A DNA stretch of 63,594 nt, the filler included, from Octopus bimaculoides (lineage: Eukaryota), in assembly GCF_001194135.2 (NCBI RefSeq). It is 10 parts of 8 records of this genome, joined end to end, with 100 filler letters (N's around TTAATTAATTAA, not from the genome) between each part and the next. Parts side by side here need not be neighbours in the genome. Positions count along the whole stretch, not along the records: positions 39,303 to 42,701 come from NC_068982.1; positions 42,802 to 47,652 come from NC_068984.1; positions 47,753 to 53,292 come from NC_069000.1; 7 more parts are not named here. One strand, 5' to 3'. Below the pieces are notes generated by a model that did not search any database, was not told the DNA's origin, and saw nothing but the letters and a program-made list of their open reading frames with translations. The translations under genes were made by a program, and so were the position numbers. Below are positions 39,501 to 52,735 of the stretch, piece after piece (position 1 is the first letter of the stretch; the number at the start of each line of letters is the position of its first letter).

Positions 39501-41406
39501 GTTGTCTGTCTGTCCATCTATCTCCGAGTCGCTATTCTTTTGATTTTTTTGTCGTTTCAGATTTTTAAGGAACTGGTCTTGCAGTATTTTAGAAAGTCTT
39601 GGCGGTTGTGTGTATGCGTATGTTGGAACTTCCTCGTTCGACGTTGAAGATTAATTGTTCGATCAACTGAATCAGCGTGTAAATGTCTACGTATTCCATA
39701 GGACGTGTGCCCTTAGTGTAATCTTGAGGTAGATTCAGTGTGACAGCGCATGTTAAGGCTGTACCATTTAAAGTTCAGGAAGAATACACTCGATGTTCGG
39801 ATTTCTATACAGTTCCCCTCAACCGAATTTCTCTCTCAACGTATAGGATAAACCGAGGCTATAACAATTTATATTTGTCTAAGTGGGCCCACTGTGTAAT
39901 CTAACTCGATTTCTCGTCGTTGCAAAGCAAAATTTTTAACAATTCAGCTAAATGCTCCTCCTATGTGTCTATGTCTGAGTGTGCCCGATGCTTGTTTGTG
40001 TGCGCATTTGTATGTATGTATGTATGCATGTATGTATGTATGCATGTATGTATGTATGTATGTATGTATGTATGTATGTATGTATGTATGTATGTATATG
40101 AGCATGCATGTGCGTTTGTATGTATATATGTACGTATAAATGTATGCGTGTGTATGTATGTATATATATATACATATTTATATATGCATAAGTATGTATA
40201 TGTATATCTATCTATCTTTCTATCTCACACACACATACACACACACGTACGCGCACACACACACATAATATATTGACAAAATAAGAGGAAGAAATTGCTT
40301 ACAGAAGCTTATCATAAAAAGCAGAAAGACAATATTTAGACTTTTTAATAAAGCATCAACCGGCTTCGGTCATTTAAGACGACTTCTTCATGCTAAAATA
40401 GAATGGAAAGTATGTATATTTATACACATACTTATATATACATACATATTGACAGGTCCATAGATCAGTGTTATTCATTGTTTTTTAAGCCAGTCATAGA
40501 TTTTAAATTTGCTTTCAGCACACGGCTTGCCCATGCCTCATCTTGTTTTCTACATATAATTCTCTAAGTCTAAAAGGACCAAAATTCTTTCCTATTAGCG
40601 TTACTTTCTCACGTCTTGTCAGAATTCTGTTGTATAGGGAAATGATCTTCAATGTATACAAATAGTTCTGTTGTTTATTCTTTTGTTACTGTCTTTGCTT
40701 TTCGCATTATATATTTTCCCGTTCTCTTGCTGTTGACCAAAAAGAACAGTATAAGGCCACAAAATTGTAATGATTTTTGGTCGATTGCTGATGAGGAATG
40801 GGCGTATCCTTGTCCTTTGCGTGTTTATTTCCTGTTTTCAGTATGTTTTTTTTCTCGTCCGTCAGTGCCATGTTTTACTATCATATATATAAGCTACAGC
40901 AACTTACGTACGTTTCATTAACATAACTGATAATAGGTACATAATGCAAATTACATAATCACAATTTGATGTCAAATATTCAGAGACGTGGTTATTATAT
41001 GTACTATTACTGGATCGAAAACATGGCTTGCAACACTGTGTGTGTGTGTGTGTATTCATGCATGTATATATATCTGCATAGATATATACCTATATACTTA
41101 TATATATATATATGTATGGGAGCCCTCCAACATGACCAGTTTCTGCGTAAGAAACGTAGTGTTCCTCGTGTTGCTAAAATTCCGATGCAAGTGCCGTTTT
41201 TCTGATATGGAGATTGGTATTTGTATTCTATTTGCAAAATAAATCCCAAAGAACATAACAAATAAAAAATAGAAAAAATAAAACAACACATAAAACAAAA
41301 AATGTGCAGTTATAAAGGTCAGCTATCCTGCAGAAGTGAAGAGAATATTTACGAACAACTGCTTCGTAAGCTAAGTCTTCTGGACACAGATTATATATTC
41401 TATATC

Positions 41407-41817
41407 CTATCTTTTACTTTTTCCAGTCATTAGATTAGGTCCTTGCTAGGGCACCGCCTTGGAGAACTTTTAATCGATTGAATCGATCCCAATACTATTT
41501 TTTAAAGCCTGATACTTATTCTACCGTTTACTTTTACCGAACCACTAGGTTACGGGGACGCAAACATACCAGTCCCGGCTGCCAAGTGATGGTAGAAGAC
41601 AAACACATACGCACACACATACACGCGCGCACACACGCACACACATATACACACACACATAGGACGGGCTTCTATCCATTTACATCTACCAAATCCACCC
41701 ACAAGGTTTTTGTCGGCCCGAGGCTATAGCGGAAGGCAATTGCCAAAGGTTCCACACAGTGGTACTGAGCTCGAAACCATGTGGTTAGGAAGCAAGCTTC
41801 TTACCACACAGCCACAC
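41407..41817 (-). mobile_element. Full-length SINE family B
   Basis: Head, internal (CA)n and tail are all recognisable. Confidence 0.85.
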
Positions 41818-42315
41818 TTATAATCATTGGTGCACTTGGCTATGGAAGTAAATTGTCCAAGCAACAATATCGGAAAAGCCTGGAATTTTAAGGTAAAGTG
41901 ATCAGCAGAACCGTAAAAATGTTCAAGAGCTTATCAATTTTCAACACCTAACGCTTAACCGTTGTTGTTGCCTAAATTTCATTCATGGCGGATTTCTTTC
42001 TCTGTTAGAAAACCAGCTTCTTTACAAGGATGATTCAAATAACTATACAATACAGAAATAAAGTTTACATACACACGTTGACGCATAATCGCATACACAC
42101 AGACACGCATACATAAATACATGCATACATAAACATACATACAAACATACATACATACATACATACATACATACATACATACATGCATGCATGCATTGTT
42201 TGCCGAATGTGTACAATAGTGCACAGTGGAAAGTAGGCTGCTACAAAATAATCAGTAGACATGTAAAACAAAAAGAATTTACAGTGAGTAAGAGAGAGGG
42301 GGAGAGAGAGAAAGT

Positions 42316-42360
<45 letters not shown>

Positions 42361-44104
42361 GGAAGACAGACAAACAGAGGAAGAAAGATAGGAACCAAAT
42401 GCAAGAGAGCGATATAGAGAAACAGGATAAATGTATGAATGAATGTATGTATGTATGCATATTTATCTACTTGTATGTATATATTTATGCACGTATGCAT
42501 GTGAGTATGTATAAATGTGTGCTAATATATACATCTCCTCTCTTTCTCTCTGTATGTATGTATGTATGTATGTACGAACGTCCGTATGTATGTATGTATG
42601 TATGTATATACATACGTACATACGTAGTGAGAGTAACAGGAGATTCCAGAAGTGAGAGACAACAAAATACACACATAAATATATACATATATATATATAT
42701 ANNNNNNNNNNNNNNNNNNNNNNNNNNNNNNNNNNNNNNNNNNNNTTAATTAATTAANNNNNNNNNNNNNNNNNNNNNNNNNNNNNNNNNNNNNNNNNNN
42801 NATATCTAATTGAAATTTAATCATCAATGTATATATTTATATCACTGCCTCTACTTCTCTCTCTTCTCTCCCCACGTGACCGGTGTTCGGCCAAGCCTGA
42901 CCTTTCTTTCTTGGTTCGGCCGCTGCCCGTGCAACATCTATATTCTTTCCTGTGTCTGTGAAATCTTGTATCCCAGCCGTAAGGCTTTACTTACACACAC
43001 GCCAGCTTAATTTAATTCGTCCTTAGTCGAAAGACACCTGTTGTTATGTCCTGTTATTTGTATTTGTGTAATATTCTCCATTTATTCTTCCGTCCTAGTT
43101 TTCGTATACATTCGGTGCTTTCTTCCAAGGAATCTAATGGTCTTAGCTTAGTTTTTCCTTGGGGCTGGCCAGATTGGAGCAATCTCGAGTATAACTACCG
43201 AAATTGCAAAGATAATCTGGAACTCGACTGAGGAAAGAAAACTCCGAATGACCCGTCCTTGTTTTCTTTGTATCGTCTATCTGGATGTTTTGTTGTCCCN
43301 NNNNNNNNNNNNNNNNNNNNNNNNNNNNNNNNNNNNNNNNNNNNNNNNNNNNNNNNNNNNNNNNNNNNNNNNNNNNNNNNNNNNNNNNNNNNNNNNNNNN
43401 NNNNNNNNNNNNNNNNNNNNNNNNNNNNNNNNNNNNNNNNNNNNNNNNNNNNNNNNNNNNNNNNNNNNNNNNNNNNNNNNNNNNNNNNNNNNNNNNNNNN
43501 NNNNNNNNNNNNNNNNNNNNNNNNNNNNNNNNNNNNNNNNNNNNNNNNNNNNNNNNNNNNNNNNNNNNNNNNNNNNNNNNNNNNNNNNNNNNNNNNNNNN
43601 NNNNNNNNNNNNNNNNNNNNNNNNNNNNNNNNNNNNNNNNNNNNNNNNNNNNNNNNNNNNNNNNNNNNNNNNNNNNNNNNNNNNNNNNNNNNNNNNNNNN
43701 NNNNNNNNNNNNNNNNNNNNNNNNNNNNNNNNNNNNNNNNNNNNNNNNNNNNNNNNNNNNNNNNNNNNNNNNNNNNNNNNNNNNNNNNNNNNNNNNNNNN
43801 NNNNNNNNNNNNNNNNNNNNNNNNNNNNNNNNNNNNNNNNNNNNNNNNNNNNNNNNNNNNNNNNNNNNNNNNNNNNNNNNNNNNNNNNNNNNNNNNNNNN
43901 NNNNNNNNNNNNNNNNNNNNNNNNNNNNNNNNNNNNNNNNNNNNNNNNNNNNNNNNNNNNNNNNNNNNNNNNNNNNNNNNNNNNNNNNNNNNNNNNNNNN
44001 NNNNNNNNNNNNNNNNNNNNNNNNNNNNNNNNNNNNNNNNNNNNNNNNNNNNNNNNNNNNNNNNNNNNNNNNNNNNNNNNNNNNNNNNNNNNNNNNNTAT
44101 AAAT

Positions 44105-44905
44105 CTTCGTCTATCGTTTCAAGTGACTGTTGTTTACTTTCATACGTCCACCCTGTATTATTTTGTTTGCTCAAGCCCTAATTCTCCGCAAATCTTGTGA
44201 AGTTCCTAGTCTTAGTATTAAAGGCATGAAACTAGGTATTAGTATTTTTCGGTCGATAACTGAGCACGTATTCCGGTTCTGGTGTCTGTCCTACATGTAC
44301 GTCTTGTAGCATTTAATGCAGCCACGCAGCCCGACTAATGTTAACAGTAAATTTGTATACATTTTTGCGACTCTTTCCTTCTTTCTCTCTCGTCCTAATA
44401 TTCCTTTTCTAGTAACCCTACTTCCTCTCTCCTCTCTCTCGTCATCTTACACTTAATTGTAGACTTTCTCCCTTCCTTCCCCTGTTCTCTCTCTCTCCTC
44501 CTCCTTCCTTTCTATCTGCTACTCACACGTGACCAGTGACTGATTCTTTATCTTTTGTCTTTTTGCCACTGGATGCCTAGTTCTGTTCACTATATCTATT
44601 TGAGGATTTCTCCCAGGCGTTAATCCATCATTTTTGTGTTTGACTCCAAGGCTATATTCATTTATCTATTGTCTTCGTCTATCATTTCAAATGACTGTTG
44701 TTTACTTTCGTACGTCCACTCTGTATTATTTTGTTTGCTTGAACCGTAATTCTCCGCAAATCTTGCGGGTGCCACCGATATATGAAGTTCCTAGTCTTAT
44801 CGTTAAAGGCATGGAACAAGCTATTAGTATTTTTCGGCCGATAACTGATGAAGTACTATGGTTCTGGTGTCTGTCCTACGTGTACGTTTTGTAGTATTTA
44901 ATGCA
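44105..44905. repeat. About 220-bp direct repeat pair (44105-44325, 44673-44905) in an unclassified repeat element
   Basis: Roughly 85% identical by eye; copy 2 has an extra ~16 bp. Confidence 0.8.
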
Positions 44906-44925
44906 TTTTTCAATTATTATATATA

Positions 44926-45044
44926 TATATAGCAATGAGAAAATGGAGGAGATTAATAGGTGGTATTCATCAACTTACAGGCATTGTATTGTGTCACAGA
45001 CGAATACCTCCTATTAATCCCCTCCATTTTCTTATTGCTATATA
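44926..45044. other. 119-nt hairpin (46-bp arms, 27-nt loop) next to (TA)n; mini-MITE or pre-miRNA-like
   Basis: 44926-44971 pairs with 44999-45044 with 4 non-Watson-Crick positions. Confidence 0.85.
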
Positions 45045-46794
45045 AATTAATGGTAAAATAACTTTTTACCGCACCCATTTATTGCACTTGGTAATGTAAT
45101 TGCCATGCAATGAAAAAACACTAGTGTAATAATAATTGGGTATTCTTCCAGCAGTATATTGGATAGATATTATCTCTTAGTAGGTTGGATTCACAACCCC
45201 TAACTTTCTTGGATTTATATATATATATAACAATGCCTTCTCTTTCGAGTGTCCATTCTTTTGAGCTCATTGTATTAAATTATGTGTGCATTTGTGTGTG
45301 TATGTAAATATACACACACACACACACACANNNNNNNNNNNNNNNNNNNNNNNNNNNNNNNNNNNNNNNNNNNNNNNNNNNNNNNNNNNNNNNNNTATAT
45401 ATATAAAACAATACCTTCTCTTCCCAGTACCTATTCTTTCCGCGTGATTGTTTTGTGCGTGTGTGTGTGTGTGCGTGTGTGTGTTTATACATACACGTAG
45501 ATATATAGATATCACACACACACATGTATGTACGCACGCACGCGCACACGCGCACACACACACACGTAGACACTGACCCACCCGCATGTATCTGATATTT
45601 CATAAATACTTCGACTGGAAGAAAACTACCTGAAACGTCGGTTAAAACTCTTGAGTTTCTAAATCTGTTCTCAGCAGACGACTCCATTGTTATCAAGTAC
45701 TGTGTCAGATGACAGCTTAAACGGTATCTGACTGAAATACGGCCATTTTACACAAACCATTGCGTTGTTAGGGAACAAAGCGGATTTGTATTAGAAACTG
45801 GTTTTCATTCACGTTTTGCTGAAATGAGTTTTATATTATTGTTGTTCTGACTGTTGTTGGGGATGTTGCTCTTGTCATTGTTGGTGGTGAATGAAGACGG
45901 AATCGGGTGGATAGCAATGGATGTTTGTGATACTGATCGTCTTAATGATAATGTTGCTGTTGTTCTTGTTCCTGTTTTACTCCAGCCCCATGTCAGGCCT
46001 GATCCAGTAGACTTTTTTTATGATCAAAGAAATCCTATGTATAACCATCCTGTGTTTTTTTGTGTTTGCTTTTGTCAGTAATAACGTATATTAGACTTCA
46101 TTATTTATTGCATCCCCACATTATTTTTTAAAAGACTACAGGGTGTTTTGAAGGAGATTTGACTGCTATTTCTAACAGGTTCATTGACCACATAACCTTA
46201 TTGTTAGTAGCAGTAGTAGGCTTGTTATTGTTATTGTTTAACCCTTGGCAGAACCACCTTAACAACATTATAACCACCCCAAGCCCGAGCGATGCAATGC
46301 AGCGGGGCTTTTTAAAATAGTAGAATGAGGGATATTTTGCTGTTGTTTCTAGTTGGTCGAGTAATCACGTGAAGGCTCTCTTGACTGCTCGCACACAGTT
46401 TTGTGGTAACATGTACTGCTGGCTTCACATTGCTTCCTTAGTAGGGGATAAATGACGTTTAAAAAAGTTTTATTGTAGAAATTTTAAGGGAGCGCGATGT
46501 TAGAGTCAACGGAAACTCCAGGCAAAATATCTTGCAGTCTTTTGTTATGTTCATCGGGTTTCCGAGTTCAGATCTCACTGGAATCGACTTTCTTCTTTTC
46601 AGAGTCGATAAAATAAGTAGTCCAAATCTTCCAAGAACAGATCTTAGAAGAAACCATTTGGTAAAGTAAAACACAGACAGTAAGAATCGACAAGAAAAAT
46701 AGTGTATGTAGTATGCGGTACTCATCTTCTGGATGAGAGAAACGGGAACTGTTTAAAACCCTTTGTAAAAATGGCAGAAGACAGGGATTCACTG

Positions 46795-46925
46795 AGTTCG
46801 TTGTATCACTGTGCTCGTGGTCGTATCACTGCGCTAGTAATCTTATCCTTGTGCTAGTGGTTGTATCATTGCGCTAGTGGTTGTACCATTTCGCTAGTGG
46901 TTGTGTCATTGCGCTGGTCCTTGTA
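46795..46925. repeat. 20-bp minisatellite GCTAGTGGTTGTATCATTGC, about 6 copies
   Basis: Direct reading. Confidence 0.85.
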
Positions 46926-47246
46926 TTGATGAGTTTGTGGTAGGGACCCCGAGAGAAATTTGCCAATGTGGAACAAGATTGTTTTGAGACCCTGACAGAT
47001 GGGGATCCTCTCAAAATTCAAGATGACTAAAACGGTTTTATTTAGGTAAAGGCCCGCACAGATTCCATTCTGAAAGTCCATCAGTCATAGACCATGGCTG
47101 GTGGATGCAATGTGATGGTGAATGAACATTTGCCAATCAGTCAGATGCTTTCTGAAATGTATAAATGTTTACATGTGTGTGTATGTGTGCGTGTGTGTGT
47201 GTGAGGGAAAGAGAAAGTAAGTGTGTGTGTGAGGGAAACATAGAGT

Positions 47247-47282
<36 letters not shown>

Positions 47283-47382
47283 NNNNNNNNNNNNNNNNNN
47301 NNNNNNNNNNNNNNNNNNNNNNNNNNNNNNNNNNNNNNNNNNNNNNNNNNNNNNNNNNNNNNNNNNNNNNNNNNNNNNNNNN

Positions 47383-47598
47383 AACCCTAACCCTAACCCT
47401 AACCCTAACGCTAACCTTAACCCTAACCCTAAACCTAGCCCTAACCCTAACCCTAAGCATAACCCTAACGCTAAACCTAACCGTAACCGTAACCGTAACC
47501 CTAACCCTAAGCCTAAGCCTAAGCCTAACCCTAAGCCTAACCCTAAGCCTAACCCTAAGCCTAAGCCTAACCCTAACCCTAACCCTAACCCTAACCTA
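47383..47598 (-). repeat. Interstitial telomere-like (TTAGGG)n tract with TTAGGC and TTACGG variants
   Basis: (CCCTAA)n on + with CCTAAG and CCGTAA units. Confidence 0.85.
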
Positions 47599-48289
47599 AA
47601 ATTCATACATTTACTCACTTCAAAATTTCTTGGATTAAACAATCGCAATTAANNNNNNNNNNNNNNNNNNNNNNNNNNNNNNNNNNNNNNNNNNNNTTAA
47701 TTAATTAANNNNNNNNNNNNNNNNNNNNNNNNNNNNNNNNNNNNNNNNNNNNATGCATACACATACACGCATATACATATTTATATATATATATATGTAT
47801 CTATGTATATATGTCCGCCAGTCTCTCTCTTTTCCTGTTTTCTTTCTCTCGCTCTCTCTCAACGTCTCATAGCACTGAAAAGAATTCAAATATGAATCCC
47901 ACGAGCTGCTTCTAATTCATATTTGAATTTTTCTGTGTTATGTTACATTGGGACATAGCAGCAGATGGTTTTCACACCATTTTGCATATAGTCATAGACA
48001 GCGATTTAGCTTACATTAAGTCCCGTTCGCGTACGTGGTGTTAACAAGTCACAAAAAGGACGAAACATCGACATCCATCGCTTCTAAATGAGATCTGATT
48101 CGAGTTACCTCGCTTGTCTATGGTTTCCAGATGTTTTAACACCAGGTGCATTGATGAGAATATATACTTTTACGCCTATAAGCGCAGCCTGCCCACGAAC
48201 TAGAAAAGCTCACACCTTGTGTATGTGTGTTCAATATTGTTCATATATATATCATATATGATGATGAACAGCCGTCGAAGACGACGTGT

Positions 48290-48420
48290 TATTCTATCAT
48301 GGCCGCAGCAACAAAGTTTACCTGCTACACTTCTTGGTCCATCATCACCGCCTCGATGTCCTGGATTTCTCCCATGCCAGTGTCTGCAATCAAGTTTAAG
48401 ACTATGTATGAATGATTAGC
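48290..48420 (-). mobile_element. RTE LINE C-terminal remnant
   Basis: LIADTGMGEIQDIEAVMMDQEV* resembles the RTE end LxxDTG..AMxDRxxW. Confidence 0.45.
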
Positions 48421-48708
48421 TTTTTTTCTTTTGCCGAACGACCTGCACAAACGATTTGTTTATAGTGAACAAATGTATGAGCCGTACGTTAACACAGCCC
48501 CTCCTTCAAATCAACGTTGTCTGAACAGGTGCACTGTGTATCACGCATCAGGTGTCGAAGTGGTCGTAGAGTAGCGTTAGATGAAGTGTTTGTTGAAGAA
48601 CACAATGCACTACCCGATTTTGGAACTGAAACCGTGATCTCGAGATCGTGAGTGCAAAACTCACCCTAACCACAAGGCCATGCGTATTCATGTATGTATG
48701 CATGCACG

Positions 48709-48793
<85 letters not shown>

Positions 48794-48814
48794 GTCTGTC
48801 TAACTATCTATGTG

Positions 48815-48850
<36 letters not shown>

Positions 48851-49274
48851 TATATACGTATGTAGGTAGCTAGGTAGTTATACATTCGTATACCTATGTA
48901 TGTTTATATACATATATTTTCTTATCAACGTTTATCACAGAAATATGTATATGATGTTGATGATGATGATGATGATCATCATCATGTGTGTATATGTGTG
49001 TGTCTTGTGTCGTCGGAGTGGTCATCCGTAGAGAACATGATCCCAGGTGCCAAATCTGTAAATGCCATTTACAAATAGGTTATTAGCATCCAAGTAAGTT
49101 GGAGTTTTGTTTTCTTACTCTCGTACATACTGCTGAGAAGCAGCGTGTAGCAATGTAAGAGCAGGGCACTTGGTTCGTATTTAGTTTAGTTCTATTTTTT
49201 AGACAACATTACTTAACACTTTGAGAACGGGTTCGTTAATAAGTGATTTTGATTTTCATGTTACGCTTCTAAAG

Positions 49275-49455
49275 GCTAGCTGGTAGAATCGTTAGCAGCC
49301 GGACGAAATAATGCTTAGTGGTATTTCGTCCGTCTTTACGTTCTGAGTTCAGATGCCACTGGAGTCGACTTCACTTTTCTTCCTTTCGGGGTCGATGTAA
49401 TCGACTAAGGTCCACCTCGAAAATCTCAGGCCTTATGCTTATAGTAGAATGGATA
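49275..49455 (+). mobile_element. SINE family M
   Basis: gctagctggtagaatcgttagc..gagttcaga..tcctttcggggtcgat. Confidence 0.8.
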
Positions 49456-49517
49456 TTATGCTTCAAGAGTACCTCAAAGTTTTCGTGTTCCTATAAATGG
49501 ATTTGTGCTTTTCATAG

Positions 49518-49601
49518 GAATAATCAGTTTGAACAACGGTTTTTGTCAGCAAATAGGAAAACCAGAAACCCAGATCTCAACCAGCAATAGTGCTGTTAAC
49601 A
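49518..49601 (+). CDS. Candidate internal coding exon (84 nt, phase 1/1) of an unknown gene
   Basis: Acceptor tttgtgcttttcatag|G, donor A|GTAAGT; only one frame is open, xIISLNNGFCQQIGKPETQISTSNSAVNx. Confidence 0.45.
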
Positions 49602-50227
49602 GTAAGTCACTTCTTGAAACTTCGATTAACGTTTCAAAGAAAAGCAAACGATAAACATTTCTTAAACTGCATGACTCAACCTGCTTTTTCCATCTTTCCT
49701 ATGTACCTCACCCTAAATAAATTTTGTACCAGCTTCCTATTACTTCCCTTCTGAACAAAATGTAATGACAAAATGCATTTGCCCGGAAAACACAAATGTG
49801 ATGCTCATCGTAATACTTCAAAAGGAATTTAATTAATCTGCATAACAAAATATTTTTTTTCTTTTATGCGTTATTTTATTTATTTTATAATTTTATTTAA
49901 TTACTTGGAATTCTGCCAAAGGCTGAATATTAATAATGCATCCACATACGTACACATACTCTGTCCCTCACGCACGCACGTATGCACGCACGCATACGCA
50001 CGCACACACACACACACACACACACAGACACACACACACATAGAAAGGAATCAACGCAACTGAGTTTTTTTACAAAGATCTACCTCTTCAAAGCCGTACA
50101 TGCGCGCGCGCACACACCACACATACACATACATATGTATTTGTGTACGTGTATTGATATATACGTATANNNNNNNNNNNNNNNNNNNNNNNNNNNNNNN
50201 NNNNNNNNNNNNNNNNNNNNNNNNNNN

Positions 50228-50283
<56 letters not shown>

Positions 50284-50349
50284 TCTTATACATATATATA
50301 CATATATACATGTGTATATATATGAATATAACTATATATGTGTATATAT

Positions 50350-50565
50350 AAGCATTTATTCTGTTGGTGTGTACTTACCCATGGTGCAACATTGTGGGAC
50401 AGAACCCCGGTCTTCCACACAATTTTCGTCGATCAAATTCACTGACAAAGTATTGGTCCACACGTCGCTATAGTGGAAAACATTTGTCCATAGTGCTGTG
50501 CAGTGGGTCCGAAACCGAAACCGCACGGTTGTGAAGCGAGCTTCTCACCTTACAGTCATACCATA
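50350..50565 (-). mobile_element. SINE family B head, degenerate
   Basis: cgtcgctatagtggaaaacatttgtcc..gaaaccgcacggttg. Confidence 0.7.
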
Positions 50566-51254
50566 TTAAGCATAAGCAAACACGTGCTCATTCACAAACA
50601 GGTGGTTTCCTTTCTTTATTATTCCGTATTAATGTTGTTAGCACCATGTTTACTCCCATGGTGCACCGTCTTTTTTCACATATAGCATATCTAAAGCTAC
50701 ATTCTTTCTCTTATGTGTCCTTTTCTAAGAGGGAAATTTTACTACTTCTTTGAGCAGTTTGAGGATAACGTAGAGATACGTTTGTTGGCTGGTGTATATA
50801 TCTGTAACAAGTGTCGAATATTAGTGTAAAAAACTATTGTAAAAGCATTAGTTTTATAAATCAGTCAAACGATAGAGAGAAGGCCAGGGCTTATGACCTT
50901 TGTAGATCCTCCCAGACTAATCAGCTTCGTGCCTTTAGATTTGTTTGCTACACATTCCTGTAAAATTAATCCTGTTATTATCTTACTAAACATCCCTAAT
51001 TGCTGTTGAAGCTCGTGGGATAAAACATTCACTTCAATCCACAATACAAAGTTGAAGTGTTGTGTTGTGGTTGGATGCGACACTTAATTCTTTTTATGTG
51101 TCTACTTTCTCCCAACTCTCGGGAAGATGTACGAAGCTATCTTGCAGTTATTACTTGTAACAGATTTGGCGTCCATTGCAGGGAAAATTCAGATTTACCT
51201 CTCGTCTGCTCAACGGTACAAAATATTAGGACTAGCCATGGACCTTAAAGCCTC

Positions 51255-52330
51255 AAGAAGCTTTGAGAAAAGGCTTAGCGCCGTTTCTTCCGGTTCGTTA
51301 CGTTCTGTGTTCAAATTCCGCCGAGGCTGACTTTATCTTTCCTCCTTTTCGGAGTCAGCGAAATAAGTAACAATTATGCACTGGGGACAACACGTTCGAG
51401 CACCCCCTCCCGCAAAATGCCTTATAAAATAAATGCCTTATGCCTTATATTAGAAAGAATTGTATTTAAATGAATTAAGGCTGTAAGATGGCAGAATCGT
51501 TAGAAAGTCGAACAAAATGCTTAGCAGCATTTCTTCGGGTTTTTAAAGTCCAGAGTTCAAATTTCCCCCAAGGTGACTTTGTCTTTCGTCCTTTTCGGGG
51601 CCAATGAAATAAGTGCCAGTCAATCACTGGGGGTTATTTAATCGACCAACCCCATTTCACAAAATTTCAAGCTTTCTGTCTATGTTATGAAAAGGTTATA
51701 TTTAGACTGGCAAAATCGATTGCATGCCGGACAAATTGTTTTGCAGTATTTCTTCCGGTTCTTTATGATCTCAGTTCCAATTCAACCGAGTTCGACTTTG
51801 CTATTCATCCTTTGCTATCCTCTTCTTGTAAAAGTTACTGGCCTTGTGCCAAAACTCGAGACGTGAGGTGGCGATTTGGCAGAATTGTTAACAAGATGAA
51901 CGAAATACTTAGCGATATTTTTTTTATTTATGTTCTGAGTTCCGGTTCCGCCGAGGTCGACTTTGCCTTTCGTCTTTCCAAAGGCTCATAAAATATGCAC
52001 CAGCTGTGCACTGGGGTGTATGCGATCGATTTACCCCTCCCCTCAAAATTCTTGGCCTTGTGCTAAAATTTGAAACCATTATATTTAAATGAATGACTAC
52101 ACTCAAATATAAACGTGTACAATTTAAGTATATAGGGGTATATTAGTTTCAAATTTTAACACAAGGCCAGCAATTTCGGGGGAAGGGGCATGTCAATCAC
52201 ACCGACCCCAGTGTTCAGCTGGTACTTATTTTATCAACCCCGAAAGGAATGTTGAACTCAGAACGTAAAGTCGGACAAAATACCGCTAAGCATTTTGTCC
52301 GGCGTGCTAACGATTCTGCCAGTTTGACGC
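51255..52330. mobile_element. Cluster of five family M SINEs: four head-to-tail (+), one (-)
   Basis: Copies at about 51255, 51478, 51700, 51864 (+) and 52140-52330 (-). Confidence 0.85.
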
Positions 52331-52386
52331 CTTACACACAGGGCTATATTGAGTTTAATACGTTTATGATTAGAACAATATCTAAT

Positions 52387-52735
52387 GTTGTTGTTGTTGG
52401 CACTCCGTCGCTTACGACGACGACGACGAGAGTTCCAGTTGATGCGATCAACGGAACAGCCTGCTCGTGAAATTAACGTGCAAGTGGCTGAGCACTCCAC
52501 AGACACGTGTACCCTTAACATACTTCTCGGGGATATTCAGCGTGACACAGTGTGACAAGGCTGACCCTTTGCATTACAGGCACAACAGAAACAGGAAGTA
52601 AGAGTGAGAGAAAGTTGTGAAACAATACAGCAGGGTTCGCCACCATCCCCTGCCGGAGCCTCGTGGGGCTTTTAGGTGTTTTCGCTCAATAAACACTCAC
52701 AACGCCCGGGCTGGGAATCGAAACCGCGATCCTAT
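52387..52735 (-). mobile_element. SINE family O with (AAC)n tail; head lies in the gap
   Basis: Reverse complement of the 58931-59313 copy at high identity. Confidence 0.9.

Noticed and set aside
40350-40395. Minus-strand hammerhead-like remnant (tgaaga-a-gtcgt..atgac-c-gaagccggtt)
   Set aside because: C3, the stem II closing pair and A15.1 all deviate, and stem I needs a 3-nt insertion; not a functional ribozyme as written.
43225-43265. CTGAGGA..CGAATGACCCGTC hammerhead-like core
   Set aside because: GAAT instead of GAAA, and stems II and III do not pair canonically. A similar weak remnant near 45625 was also rejected.
51255-52330. Regularly spaced repeats that might suggest a CRISPR-like array
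   Set aside because: The units are ~200-bp diverged SINEs with no constant repeat/unique spacer pattern and no cas genes; the context is eukaryotic.
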